Shown: positions 24,860 to 39,673, counted from the first letter of the stretch. The stretch: 64,000 bases of DNA from Octopus vulgaris (GCA_951406725.2 OX597829.1:23746001-23810000); one strand, 5' to 3'. A program made the numbers and translations. The notes: a model not told the origin generated them from the sequence alone.

Positions 24860-26140
24860 GTACTCTGTTGACTGTATCTTTGATATTTTTTTCCCTTGGC
24901 AAATATTGCCTTGGTGCATATATCAAGCCCAAATTCCATTTTGATGTCATCACAAAATTATATGACTGTTTGTTGGAGTGTTTGCACTTGTTGATCATTT
25001 TTTGTGAAGTTCCAAGTCATCCATATAGAGTTGATGATTAATTGTGTTTTTCCATAGACACGAGTGTGGCTGTGTGGTAAGAAGCTTGCTTCTCACATGG
25101 TTCTGGGTTCAGTCCCTCTGCATGGCACCTTGGGCAAGTGTCTCTCCTATAGCCTTGACCGACCAAAGTCTTGTGAATGGATTTGTTAGATGGAAACTAA
25201 GAAGCCTCTTGTACGTGTGTATGTATTTTTGTATCTGTGTTTGTCCCCCACCACTGCTCAACAACTGATGTTGTTGTGTTTGCATCCCTGTAACTTAGCA
25301 GTTCAGCAAAAGAGACCATCAGAATAAGTACAAAAAAGCAAAAATGAAAAAAAGAAGCTAGTACTGGGGTCAATTTGCTTGGATAGATTTCTTCAAGGTG
25401 GTGCCCCAGCATGGCTGCAGTCTAATGACTGAAACATCCCATCCATAATTTGTTTCATTCAAAAATCTACTTAGAAGAAATAGTATTAAGCAGAATAACA
25501 AAGAAAATAATGAGTCTTCTTGAAAGATTCCACACTTTATTTCTTTATTGCCCACAAGGGGCTAAACATAGAGGGGACAAACAAGGACAGATAAAGGGAC
25601 TAAGTCGATTACATCGACCCCAGTGTGTAACTGGTACTTAATTTATCGACTCCAAAAGGATGAAAGGCAAAGTTGATCTCGGCGGAATTTGAACTCAGAA
25701 CGTAAAGACAGGCGAAATACCGCTAAGCATTTCGCCCGGCATGCTAACGTTTCTGCCAGCTTGCCGCCTTACTGACAGCTCGACCAGAGTTTATATTTGG
25801 AGTGTCTGTATTTAGAATTGATGTCATTTTCCAGAGCAAAAATTCATGATTACTGGTGAAATTTGAATGTCTCCAGGCATTCCTTCTATCCAGCTGTGTG
25901 GAAGACTATCAAAGGTCTTCTTGTAGTCTTCTATCCAAGCTACTGACAGATGTTATTTTCCTGTTGCAATAATTATCAAGAACCATTTTTTTATAATCTT
26001 CAGTTGATCCCTGCACAAAAAAAAACAACAACAAAAAAACATGTTTATAGTCTTTTTGTTCACCAGGGACAAAAATGTTGTTCACAAGGAAAGCATTATT
26101 GCATTCCATTAGGATAGATGTAAGGATCTTGTACACGCTG
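24860..26140 (-). pseudogene. R4/Dong-type RT region fragmented by SINE B (25055-25438) and SINE A (25538-25770)
   Basis: VYKILTSIL..EQK, GIFQEDSLFSLLFCL..LNETNYG, MEFGLDICTKA in the expected order on minus strand. Confidence 0.75.
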
Positions 26141-26419
26141 TTGTTGTTATCATTATTGTTGTTGTGTTTGTCATTGTTGTTCTTATTGTTGCTATCATTG
26201 TTATTCAAATCCTGCCGAGGTTGACTTTGCGTTTTATCCATTTGGTGATGGTGGTGGTGGGGGTCGATAAAATAAAGTACCAGTTGAACACGATGTGTGT
26301 GGGGAGGTCAATGTAATCAACTGACCCCTTCTCAGGCCTTGTGGTTTTATTAAAAAGGATTTAATGTTGTTGTTGTTGCTTTTCTTGTTGTTGTTGTTGT
26401 TGTTATTATTATTATTGAG

Positions 26420-26628
26420 TAAAGTAGCGAGCAGGCAGAATCATTAAGCATGCTGGACAAAATGCTTAGCAGTATCTTGCTCATCGCTACGATCTGAGTT
26501 CAAACTCTGCCAAGGTCGACTTAGCCTTTCCTCCTTCCAAGGGTCAATAAAATAAGTACCAGTGGGTGTCTATGTAATCGACTAATCCCCTTCCACAAGA
26601 TTGCTGCCCTTGTGGCAAAATTTGAAAC

Positions 26629-26630
<2 letters not shown>
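26420..26630 (+). mobile_element. SINE family A variant
   Basis: gagcaggcagaatc...gagttcaaactc...aagtaccag. Confidence 0.65.
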
Positions 26631-26688
<58 letters not shown>

Positions 26689-26957
26689 CATTATTATCAT
26701 TATTAAAGCCACTTTTTTACAATGGCCACTTACTAATTTAACAGTATGATGATGATAATAATGACAATAAATAACGATAAGAATAGTAAAGATTATTGAA
26801 CTGGTATTATAACATACGTGATACTGGATTACTATTATTATCATTATTATTATCATCATTATTATTATTATTATTTTTTTTTTCTTCTTTCAAATTTGCT
26901 TCCATTTCTTGCCGAGCGTCTTCCCGACTCCTAGGGCGAATTATTATTATTATTATT

Positions 26958-27576
26958 GAGTGAGCGAGCAGAGCGTGCCATCAAAGTGACACTGGGGTAA
27001 AATATACGAAGCCCAGTATACCCATCATGACTACCCGTCTGATAAGGGTACACCAGGCACATGCATCACAACCATATGTGTGCGACATGGTGGTCTCATA
27101 TCAAGATAAACAGCACATGACCTTGCAGGTGGAGCCCAGTTAGAATTTTCTTCAGATCGAGTAACCCATCCCGCTCAAAAGGTCCCTGAATAAGGGTTGT
27201 TTAAGGACGTTGAACGAAACACCCATGTTTCCAGAGGTGAATTATTCAAACCCCAAAGAATCCCTCTCAACACATGGCTATGATGCTCCCCCACTACTTC
27301 TGCTCGTGATCAGAGATGCACATATCGTCAGCCACTAAGGGACATGCTCAACTGGTTAAGGTCAAACAACTGACAAGCAAATCTGTGGTATTGAGCAGAA
27401 TATTTGCTGTAGCCCATCTTTTATACCAAGACAAAACAATGTACATGATAACACTTCCAATCAGTTAAGATCAGAAGCCATGAGAGCCACTGCTTGGTAC
27501 TGCATCAGGGCATCCATGAGAGCCACTGCCTGGTACTGCACCAGGGCATCCATGAGAGCCACTGCCTGGTACTGCA

Positions 27577-27577
<1 letters not shown>
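26958..27577 (-). mobile_element. Repeat family C, full length, with 36-bp terminal unit in about 2.75 tandem copies
   Basis: Homology to 10623-11128; ccatgagagccactgcctggtactgcatcagggcat repeated at 27478-27577. Confidence 0.8.
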
Positions 27578-27621
<44 letters not shown>

Positions 27622-27831
27622 CATCATCATTATCAAAGCCACTTTTTTACAATGGCCACTTATTAATTTAACAGTATGATGATGATAATGATGGTGATGA
27701 TGATAATGACAATAAATAACGATAAGAATATAGTAATAAAGATTATTTCTGATTGAACATTATTGAACTGGTATTATAACATACATGATACTGGATTACT
27801 ATTATTATCATCATCATTATTATCATTATTA

Positions 27832-27881
<50 letters not shown>

Positions 27882-28206
27882 TCATTACAATATCGTGCTA
27901 CTATGAACTTTATTTTCCTTTTAATATAAAACTTAAGCTTATTAATCAAAACAGTTACAACAGAATTAGCCCAACATTTCGCCTGCTTCTTTCTCACATC
28001 CATCGCATTCATTCACCGTCTATATTAGGCCTACCTGGTTAAATTATTACCTTCTTACAGGTTGTCAGCAACATCGACAATGACAGCAGCAAGTATTATA
28101 TCAAAGAGAGTAGCAACAACAGCAGCAACAGTTGCACTAGCAGCAGTTAGCAGCAGTAACAACACCGACAACAGCAGCAGCAGTGGCAGCAGATTATTTG
28201 ATGCTG

Positions 28207-28242
<36 letters not shown>

Positions 28243-28502
28243 CATTTGCTTCTTTTCCTTCGTGTCTGTGTGTTAAGATGAGGAAAATAATTATAATTAT
28301 TTCTAATAAGGCCGACGATTTGGGTTGAGGGTAGGAGAAGGGATTAGTCAATTTATATCGATTCCAATACTCGATTGGTGGTACATTATTTTATCAATCT
28401 CGCAGGAATGAAAGGCAAATTTGACCTCTGTGGGATCTGAACTCTAAATGTAAAGATTCAAAATAAATACTGTAACGCACTTTCCTAGACTAACACACAC
28501 AG

Positions 28503-28564
<62 letters not shown>

Positions 28565-28675
28565 TATATATATACTATACCTATACACATGCATATATAT
28601 ATATATTATACTTACCTATACACATGCATATATATATGCATACACACACATATTTATATATATATACTTACCTAT

Positions 28676-28707
<32 letters not shown>

Positions 28708-29057
28708 ATATATACATACATATATATATACATATATATATATACATACATATATATATATACATATATGTATGTATATACATATATATCATCATCATCA
28801 TCATCATTTAACGTCCACTTTAAATGATGATGATGATGATGATATATATGTATATACATACATATATATACATACATGTATATGCATACCTACACACATG
28901 TATGACTGATGCCACATGGAAGAGACACAGACTTGCTTAGCAACAGAAGTGGGCTATTGCTATTGAATGAATAAATAAGCTAATGTACATAACAAATCTT
29001 TTTCTGCTGGTTTAAATCATACACACACATACACAAACAAACACATACACATGTAAA

Positions 29058-29092
29058 ATCCAACGTTTCAGAGAATGTCCTTCTTCAGGCAA
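29058..29092 (-). ncRNA. Isolated minimal hammerhead motif
   Basis: CTGAAGA-A-GGA cattc TCT-GAAA-CGTT on minus strand; stem I imperfect. Confidence 0.4.
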
Positions 29093-29346
29093 AAGTTGGA
29101 ATACGAGAAAATAATGAGACATAGCAGAGTTGCGCATGCTGTAAGTTAAAAACGAAACTGACAGCAACATGTGTGTGTGTGTGTGCATGTAAGTGTATGG
29201 ATGTGTTGTGTATGTATATATGTATTATTTATGTATGTATGTGAGTGTGTATATAGATATATATATATATGTTTAAATATGAATGTGTGTATATATATAT
29301 ATATGTATATATATACATATATATATACATACATATATATATATAT

Positions 29347-29497
29347 CATCATCATCTTCGTTTGACGTCCGCTTTCCATGCTAGCATGGGTTGGACGGTT
29401 CAACTGGGGTCTGGGAAGCCCGAAGGCTGCACCAGGCCAGTCAGATCTGGCAGTGTTTCTACAGCTGGATGCCCTTCTTAACGCCAACCACTCCGAG
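29347..29497 (-). mobile_element. Repeat family D (GAT-tailed, RTE-related SINE-like), 3' part
   Basis: ggttggcgttaagaagggcatccagctgtagaaa...ccatgctagcatggaaagcggacg..(GAT)n; near-identical to 50990-51140. Confidence 0.75.
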
Positions 29498-29810
29498 ATA
29501 TACAAACATATATATATATATACATATATATACACATACACACACACACACATATATACATACATACAAACACGCACACACATGTACCTTTAATATATAT
29601 CTTCCCATTTTCCTTTAATGTATATATATGTATGTATGCATATAAAGGCACAAGTATGGCGGTGTGGTAAGAAAATTTGCTTCTCAACCACTTGATTCCA
29701 GGTTCAGTCCCACCACATGTTAACCATGTGTCTTCTTACTATAACTCCCAGGTCAACCAAAACCTTGTGAATAGATTTGGTAAATGGAAACTGTAAGAAG
29801 CCTGTTGTAC

Positions 29811-29850
<40 letters not shown>

Positions 29851-30211
29851 CTTTTATAATTTATGTAAATCCTGATCTCCAATATAACTGCCTTGATGTT
29901 TACTGATTAATCGAAGTAAACCCTGTTTCAGCAAACCTGATGCATTGCGTGATCAATGTCATTCTATTCTTGACCATCACAAATTATATTTTTCTGGGTA
30001 TTGTATATCTATAACTATATTAACTTAATTTGTGTTTTTTCACAGACAAGTGTGTGTGTGTGTGTACGATTTCGAAGGAGATTTGGCTGCAATTTCTAGC
30101 AAGTTTATTGTTGCTGTCCATGTAGAGATTCGTTTATTGAGTCGAGGTATTGCTGCTGCCGATAGTGATCTGATGTTAGTTATTTCCTATCTGCGTCTGT
30201 CTGTCTGTCTG

Positions 30212-30254
<43 letters not shown>

Positions 30255-30283
30255 AGCAGACAAAAAAGAGAATGCTACTGTCT

Positions 30284-30333
<50 letters not shown>

Positions 30334-30549
30334 CAGACAGACAGAGAAAGAAAGAAAGAAAAAGAGAAAGAAAGGAAGAGAGCAATAAAAAAGAAAGAAA
30401 AAGGAAGTATAAGAGCAAGTATGTGTAAATGAACAGAAGCAAAATTAATATTTATACCAAAATAAAAAGGTTGATATATGCAGCGTGGTGGGGGAGGTAG
30501 TGGTGGTGGTTATAAGTTAATTGAAAAATAAAAGCGAATAAATAAAAAG

Positions 30550-30587
<38 letters not shown>

Positions 30588-30689
30588 GATAGCGGTGACA
30601 GAGAAAGGAAAGGAAATTGGAGATAAGGAGAAAGAGGAGAGTGTACGCGTGAGTGAAGGAGTAAAAACGAATGAATGATAGGGAGAAGC

Positions 30690-30844
30690 AACGAAGTGAG
30701 GACGTTTGAAGGGATTCAGACGACGAGCGAGGGAGAGACATACAGAAGGAAAGAGAGTGTGAAAGACAGTTATACAGCAAGAAAGAAAGAGAGAGAGAGA
30801 GAGAGTGAGAACTTTTGAAGGGATGCAAGCGACGAGCGAATGGG

Positions 30845-30876
<32 letters not shown>

Positions 30877-31060
30877 AATACAGAAGGTGAGAAAAAAGGG
30901 GAAAGAGAGAACAAGAAGTGAGAACGTTTGAAGGGATGCAGAGCGAGTGGGGAGAGATAGAGAGAGCGAGAGAGAGAAATACAGAAGGTGAGAAAAAAGG
31001 GGAAAGAGAGAACAAGAAGTGAGAACGTTTGAAGGGATGCAGAGCGAGTGGGGGAGAGAT
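30690..31060. repeat. Purine-rich minisatellite (about 100-bp unit) in a GA-rich tract
   Basis: agaaatacagaaggtgagaaaaaaggggaaagagagaacaagaagtgagaacgtttgaagggatgcagagcgagtgggg occurs twice, with two diverged copies upstream. Confidence 0.85.
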
Positions 31061-31098
31061 AGAGATAGAGAGAGAGAGAGATAGAAAGGTACAAAAGG

Positions 31099-31139
<41 letters not shown>

Positions 31140-31239
31140 AGATAGATAGAAAGGTACAAAAGGAAAGAGAGAGAGAGAGAGAGAGAGTATGGCGATGTGA
31201 CTGAATATGATAGTATGATAAAGAGGGGGGGAGAGCAGA

Positions 31240-31412
31240 AATCGATAAGAAAAGCTTCGGTAACTTGTGACGTCGTTCGGTTTATCACCACAGCCGCGGC
31301 CCGATAGTTCAGAGCACACTTGCTTCCTCAACAGCAATTCCAACTGGCAAAGGGGGGGAGAGAAAAAAAGGAAAAAAAAAAAAAAAGCATTCACGCCAAG
31401 AGCAACAGTATT

Positions 31413-31450
<38 letters not shown>

Positions 31451-31461
31451 TCATGGTAAGC
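31240..31461 (+). promoter_or_regulatory. Candidate promoter / 5' UTR first exon ending in start codon and splice donor
   Basis: CpG-rich unique stretch with TGACGTC after about 1 kb of GA repeats; CAACAATC ATG (31453-31455) directly followed by GTAAGC. Confidence 0.45.
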
Positions 31462-31545
31462 ATTTCATTCAAAATTTGTTCTTCTTCAATTTTATTATGT
31501 TCTTCACGTTCTGATTTTAAAAATGTGCGTGTATGTGCGTGCGTT

Positions 31546-31580
<35 letters not shown>

Positions 31581-31774
31581 GAGTGAGATAGAGAGAGAGA
31601 GAGAGGGGGGATGTATAATCTGTTTCTAATATAAACATTACGTATTTTTATTTATGATGTATATATAATATGTATATATAATATAATACTACTGTAACTG
31701 GTTCTCTAGTTTATACTGATTCGCGTTCATAAATGTCTTACACACACACGTATATTGCATATACGTATATATAC

Positions 31775-31860
<86 letters not shown>

Positions 31861-32080
31861 GTATATACGTATATATATGTATATATATATATATATATAT
31901 ACCTACATACACACATGTATATACATACACACTCACTCACACACATTATATATATATATGTATATATATATATATAGTCTTACAGCATGTACGCCTACGC
32001 ACCTATTATTACACGCACATATCCATCTATACCCCCAGCAACACAACACGAAAACGAACGTGTGTATATAAAGATAGCTG

Positions 32081-32127
<47 letters not shown>

Positions 32128-32267
32128 TACACACACACTCACACATATACACACACACACATATATATATATGGCATCGTCATCATTATCGAAATTAATG
32201 TCGCTGTATTTCACAAAATGTTAATGTGTTGATTTAATATTGAAACGAAGATAAAACTCTGTGTTTA

Positions 32268-32320
<53 letters not shown>

Positions 32321-32837
32321 TTCCTTATCATCCCTCATCATCACACTCTCATTTCTGAAGGACCTTGAAACAGAAATTTAAAATTAATAGATGACATAGA
32401 AGATATGTTCCTGAACATTCTATAACTTGTTGACCATCCACACATCCAACAAACCATCGATCCATCATCGATCAGTAATATTATCAGTAATATATATATA
32501 TATATATATTATACGAACGTTGGAGAGTGAGCTCGTTAGTAGGTCTGTGAGAAATAGCACCCGAATTGCCCTCAAAATAAACTGCGGTTTTTTTTTGTTT
32601 TTAACAAGACACATTGCGTAATATACTCAAGGATACATCTCTAATCCCTGAAAATAACATGGATTGTCATGTTTGGAACGCTTTGGTTAAAGGTCTGATC
32701 AGCGTCGCTCATAGCACTTAACAACAGCAGTAAAATTTTGCAGACACTCTTTTTTAGCGGCATCCAGGACTGTCTTCAGGGAGAATTTGTTGTTAGAAAT
32801 AACAACCCAAAGAGATAGCTTAGAAGGCACACAACTG

Positions 32838-33420
32838 TATGTGTGTGTATGTATGTATGTATGTATGTATGTATGTATGTATGTATGTATGTATGTATGT
32901 ATGTATGTATGTATGTATGTATGTATGTATGTATGTATGTATGTATGTATGTATGTATGTATGTATGTATGTATGTATGTATGTATGTATGTATGTATGT
33001 ATGTATGTATGTATGTATGTATGTATGTATGTATGTATGTATGTATGTATGTATGTATGTATGTATGTATGTATGTATGTATGTATGTATGTATGTATGT
33101 ATGTATGTATGTATGTATGTATGTATGTATGTATGTATGTATGTATGTATGTATGTATGTATGTATGTATGTATGTATGTATGTATGTATGTATGTATGT
33201 ATGTATGTATGTATGTATGTATGTATGTATGTATGTATGTATGTATGTATGTATGTATGTATGTATGTATGTATGTATGTATGTATGTATGTATGTATGT
33301 ATGTATGTATGTATGTATGTATGTATGTATGTATGTATGTATGTATGTATGTATGTATGTATGTATGTATGTATGTATGTATGTATGTATGTATGTACGT
33401 ACGTACGTACGTATGTATGT
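32838..33420. repeat. (TATG)n microsatellite, about 550 bp essentially perfect
   Basis: Direct reading. Confidence 0.97.
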
Positions 33421-33675
33421 ATACACATATATTGACATAACCATACATATATATGCATATTTATATACATACACATATATGTGTATATATATATATATAT
33501 GAATATATGTACACATGTTTATATTTATCATATATATATATATATACACATGTATAATCAGATGCATGACTGTATACATAGAAGATATTATATATATATA
33601 TATATATATATATGGCGGTGCCCCAGCATGGCCACAGCTCAAGAGCTGAAACTGGAAAACATAAACATAAACATA

Positions 33676-33706
<31 letters not shown>

Positions 33707-34344
33707 CATACATACATACATAAACTACACCTATACACTTACATATATACATGCATAAATATTAATTGTGCATGCAATTATACATACATGTATGTATGTA
33801 TGTATGTATAATTACATACATGTAATTATACATACATACATCTGTGTGTGTATGTATACATACACATGCACACATATGTATATGATCTAATAAAAGGATG
33901 TGGTGTCCTTGTCTAAAGCGTAATAAGGTTGTGTGGATCAGGCCTCGGCCAGCATTCTCCTCCTAAGCCGATGGTTTAGAGAGAGAGAAAGATATGCCGA
34001 GAAAGAGATAGACAGACTAGACTTGACTCCATTGCCTTGTTGCTATTATTGTTAACAAGTTTGTTAACATTTCAAATAGTTTTAATTGCATCTACCCCAT
34101 TAGTTATATTTGCTGTTTTATGTGTTCAAAATAACTTGAATCTGTATGACATACTATCAATCATCCATTTGAATTTATCGCTCTGTCAAACAGCCAGACT
34201 ATTAATCAGTTACAGACAATCAAATCGATACTTAAGAAATCACTAGGGACAACAAAGAAAGAAAAAAGTATTTAAAAAATCAATCTATCAATAACACTTC
34301 CTGCATGTGTGTGTGAGTGCGTGTATGTATGTATATGCAACTAA

Positions 34345-34682
<338 letters not shown>

Positions 34683-34867
34683 ATATATATAATATATATG
34701 TATAGTTTATTTTTATATTAAAGCTACAAAAACATCATAAAAACTGCTACTCAGTTTCACGTTCGTCGTGTATGCTAGACGAACAGGAACATGAAATAAA
34801 AAAAAAAAGCATATTACTCTACCTTCGGTATTCGAGGACTATTTTTTCCACCTTGTTTTGTATTTAT

Positions 34868-34906
<39 letters not shown>

Positions 34907-35027
34907 CAAATTTACAAAAAAAAAACAAAAGACGAAGACAGGTAAAGGTACAAGCAGGTGTATATATATATATATATATATATGCATAATATATATGCAG
35001 TGTATGAATAGTGCACGTGTGCTTCTG

Positions 35028-35067
<40 letters not shown>

Positions 35068-36197
35068 CATACACACACACATGCTTACATATTTAGACAT
35101 GTGTATATTTATACATATAGTTATATACATATACGCAACCATATCTATCTATCTATCCATATATACACACACACATGCATATTTCTGTACATATATTTTT
35201 ATAAATGCGCGCGTGTGCGTGTGTACACACACACACGCACACAACCATAACTATATACACTATATGCTTCTATAGATACACCGGTATATATATATATATA
35301 TGTATTTATTGTCGTTTCTCTCAATAATAATACATATATAAATTAAGGTATTTGCAATCCAACTTCTTCCTCTCTCTCCTCAATCACAACATACACACAC
35401 ATTTCATTCTTGCAAGTTTACGGAAAAATAATGTTAAATCATCGTATCTTACAATTTTTATTGCTTTCAGTTGAACATATGAGAGACATCAGTGATAGTG
35501 GTGGGGGGGGGGGAGAAACACCTGATGTTACATAATTATATATTATCATATAAGTATTTATGTGTATATATATATGTGTGTGTGTGTGTGCGTGTTTGTA
35601 TGTATGCATGCAATCTGTGTGTGAACTACTGTACGACAGCTACACGTACTTTCATTTTCCTTATTGTCACATGTGACAATAATGAAACTGAAAGTAGAAA
35701 TTGACTTGATGCGATAAGCTGCTCTAGTTTCCGTGTGTTGTGTGTGTATGTATGTGTGCAGTAACTACTGCGTTCTAGTTTATGCGTGTATATGTGTGTG
35801 TGCGCGTGTGTGAAGTAGCTGCTAATGTTCAGCTGTTTAATTGAGCTGTTGCCTATAATATACCATCCTGGCTACTGTTGTATTATTATTATTATTATTA
35901 TTGCTATTATTAGTATTAATATTATTGTTAGTATTCATTTACTTAACACATCAATGTTTCACACGTATCCATGGTGATTTCCTCTGCTCCGACGCCGCCT
36001 GCTTTAAACTCTCTTATTAATGCATTTCTTTTGTTCGTTTGTTTGTTTAATTTCTTCTTTTCATCCTATCATAGTCTATATCAGCATTCAATTTTTACAC
36101 ACACGCACATGTACACACAAATACATACACACACACATACATATATATATATATAAGTACATACGCAAATATATACATATGTATTACTTATATGTGT

Positions 36198-36233
<36 letters not shown>

Positions 36234-36941
36234 ACATACATACACACACGTGTGTGTATATGTGTGTTTGTAACAAGTATCTGGCTGTATTCCGTCATAA
36301 TTAGTCGTTTAAACATTTCGTTTTCAACAATTATGAGCCTTAAACTAGTTTCTCTAATGGCGTTTTCTCAGTCATGTAAGTTGTATAAACCTTTAAACAT
36401 TTATAGAAATCGTTATTCGATCTTTTGAGGTCATATAACAAGTTATGGCTGAAGTAATACATTATATATACTCTGTGTGTTTCATCATTTGAAACTGTGC
36501 CAGATGCTCTCATAATTTAGAAAAGTAGCAGACTGAGTCTGCTTCGTGAAAAACAATAAAAGAATCCAAGAACTGAAAGAAGCTGCTTCACTTAAAGCAC
36601 AGTGATTATTTTAATGATTTCTGAAAGGGGAGAGGTTTCATGTCCGGCCTGAACAAACAGATGAATATCCACTTCTTTCTTGTATAAACAGAAACAGAAA
36701 TGTGAAAGTAAATAAATAAATGATAGATAAAATTATTTTTCCCTCCAACCATTGCCTCTAGCTTACTGAATATTTTATACACACACACACATATATGCAT
36801 AAATATATAAACGCACATATATACGCACACGCACACATACAAACACTTGTTTATTTCAGATTTACCTATGAATAAACTTTTTAGACGTCAACGTTTAGGT
36901 ATGAGGGAATAGCACGATTTAACAACATAATTATTTGACTG

Positions 36942-37011
<70 letters not shown>

Positions 37012-37031
37012 AATCTATCTATCTATCTATA

Positions 37032-37080
<49 letters not shown>

Positions 37081-38382
37081 CTTACCGGCTTCTCTGCTTA
37101 TCAAATGTATGTGCAAATCATATATGTGTATGTGTATATAGATGTTGTGCATGCATATGTGTGTTTTACGTCAGTAAATCAATATGTTAGTTAACAGGTA
37201 GACAATATTGGTATGGATTGCAGTGTAGTCCAACAGGTGTATCTTTTCACCTGCAGTCGGAAAAATCCAGCGTCAGGCAACGTAGTGGGACTTTACTCTA
37301 TACTAGATAGACCATTACAGGTTGGCACAAGTCGACAGTTGTCTTCATTTGTGTTTGAATTCACAACATAAAGGGCTGGAAGAATTAGATCGGGGCATTT
37401 TGCTCCATATTCTAACGATTCTAGCAACTCACTCATCAAGTAAAGAGATCGGTAGATGTTATAACGTATATGTCTATTTATATTTAGTTCTCAATTAAAT
37501 TAATTAATTGAAATTTGCCAAGGTTTTCAGACGCTCAGATACTCCGTTCTTTCCAGTAAGATAACTGATTTAATAAGGATACAATTTTAGTTCTGGTGTG
37601 CAATTTCTATCAGAAACTGAATAATGATTTAAGTTCTGATAAACAGTAAAACACACCAGATATAAGACACTGTCAAACGATCTCACCTGAAAACCCGCCA
37701 TCTTAGAACGAACGGGTCTTTTTCCCCCTTTTTCCCTTGGATGTTATATAATCGCGAAAATATAACAATATTTTAATTTTTCGACTTATCAATTGGAAAA
37801 AATTCCACCTTTCGGCTTCTCATTTAAAAAGGGAGGAATAAATAGGAAATTTTTCTCATATATATGTATGAATATCTAAGATATTTTCTAAATTTTACTT
37901 TCTAACAGCTTTATGAATGAATGAACGTATACACCCCTGTCCATACTCTCACACAGTAATGTATTGTAGAAGCCGCTTATTATAATCACGCACTCTGTTA
38001 TCAAACTTATTGTTATCAAATTCAGTGGGTTCCGAGTACGCTACCTTGTTTATTTAAATGACCCGTCCCAAAGTGATCTCAATAAACGGCTTATGTATAC
38101 GTAAGCATGAATGTATCTATTTATGTATGTGTGTGTGTGTGTGTATGTATATATATACTGTTGTGTCTGGGGAGAGTCATTTTCTTTTTGTGCCTTATTT
38201 GCTTCAACACAAGAACTCACATAAAGAATCTTGCTAACCAAATCCCAAAACGAAATATATATATATATATACATACGTACATATTTGTGTATCTAAATGT
38301 GTATGTATCTAAATTTGCGAATGTGCGTCTATGTATATATATATGTGTAGGTATATATGTATATACATGTATGTGTATTATG

Positions 38383-38425
<43 letters not shown>

Positions 38426-38474
38426 GTACATATTTGTATCTAAATATGGGAACGTGTGTGTGTATGTGTGTGCG

Positions 38475-38700
38475 CGGGTGATCGAGGGTTCGATTCTCAG
38501 GCCGGCCGTCGCGTTGTGTTCTTGAGCAAAAATACATCATTTCACGTTGCTCCAGTTCGCCGTTCGACCAGAGGGAATGTTGACATACTCGCCCTAGTCA
38601 TCGAGGTAGTGTTTTTCAAAGACTAAACCGATGCAAAACACATCGTATCCACCGATGTGTAACAACATCTTATAATCCGGTCGGCACGTGGTCACGTGAT
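38475..38700 (+). mobile_element. tRNA-derived SINE family E variant
   Basis: gggttcgattctc, gttgtgttcttgagcaa and tail homologous to 11880-11950. Confidence 0.6.
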
Positions 38701-38717
38701 ATATATATATATAATAC

Positions 38718-38902
38718 AATTCTATATTTAAGAGATGGGGAATTATGTACATTATTTACATTTGACAGATATTTGTCCTCATCTTGTTTGTTGTTAACAC
38801 AACATTTCTGCTGATATACCCTCCAGCCTTCATCAGGTGTCTTGAGGAAATTTCGAACCTGGGTTCTCATTCCTAAAGTATTTTTCGATGTTGTTGTTGT
38901 TG

Positions 38903-38963
<61 letters not shown>

Positions 38964-39130
38964 TGTCACTGTCTGGAATCGAACTCGGAATATAGGAATG
39001 TGTGTGTGTGCGCGCGCGTATGACGGAGGGTTCGTTTTCCAGGCCGTTTCTGGAATCGAACTCGGAATCTTGGGGTTAGTAGCCCGCGCTCTTAACCCCA
39101 AGATTCCGAGTTCGATTCCAAGTAGTGACC

Positions 39131-39175
<45 letters not shown>

Positions 39176-39267
39176 TCGAAAAATACCTTACGAATGAGAA
39201 CCCAGGCTCGAAATTTCCCCAAGACACCTGATGAAGGCTGGAGATCCGTCAATTCTAAATAATGTAA
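38718..39267. mobile_element. Family H1 elements head-to-head (minus copy 38718-38991, plus copy 39093-39267)
   Basis: Both arms homologous to 10378-10545 and 11160-11335. Confidence 0.75.
38796..38841 (-). ncRNA. Minimal hammerhead motif, family H1
   Basis: GACAC-CTGATGA-A-GGCTG gagggtatat CAGCA-GAAA-TGTT-GTGTT. Confidence 0.6.
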
Positions 39268-39627
39268 TGATTGCATTGTTAAATTAAATGGAGTTGCATG
39301 AAACGATCGTACTGCATAACCACTGGATATCCTTGTTGCTTATTTTGATTATATATATATATATATATATATAGACAGAAACTGAAAGGAGCTTGTCGTA
39401 TATATATGTGAGTATTTATGTGTGTGAGTATCTGCCCCCCCCCTCCCAGCACTACTTGATAATCGGTAACTTAGCGGTTTGACAAAAGATACCGACAGAA
39501 TAAGTATTAGACTCAAGAAATAAGTCCTGGGGTTAATTTGTTTGACTAAAACTGTTCAAGGCAGTGCTCCAGTAAGTGACTGGCCACAGTCAAGTGACTG
39601 AAACAAGTAAAAGAATAAAAATAAATG

Positions 39628-39660
<33 letters not shown>

Positions 39661-39673
39661 CTGAAACATTAAA

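Noticed and set aside
27478-27577. 36-bp repeats of CRISPR-like length
   Set aside because: Head-to-tail with no spacers; terminus of repeat family C
28060-28200. Acceptor-like site followed by CAG/CAA-rich frame
   Set aside because: Low complexity, stops, no donor
30510-33738. Long ORFs (up to 320 aa) of LS, YIHT or MYVC repeats
   Set aside because: Read-through of GA and TATG microsatellites
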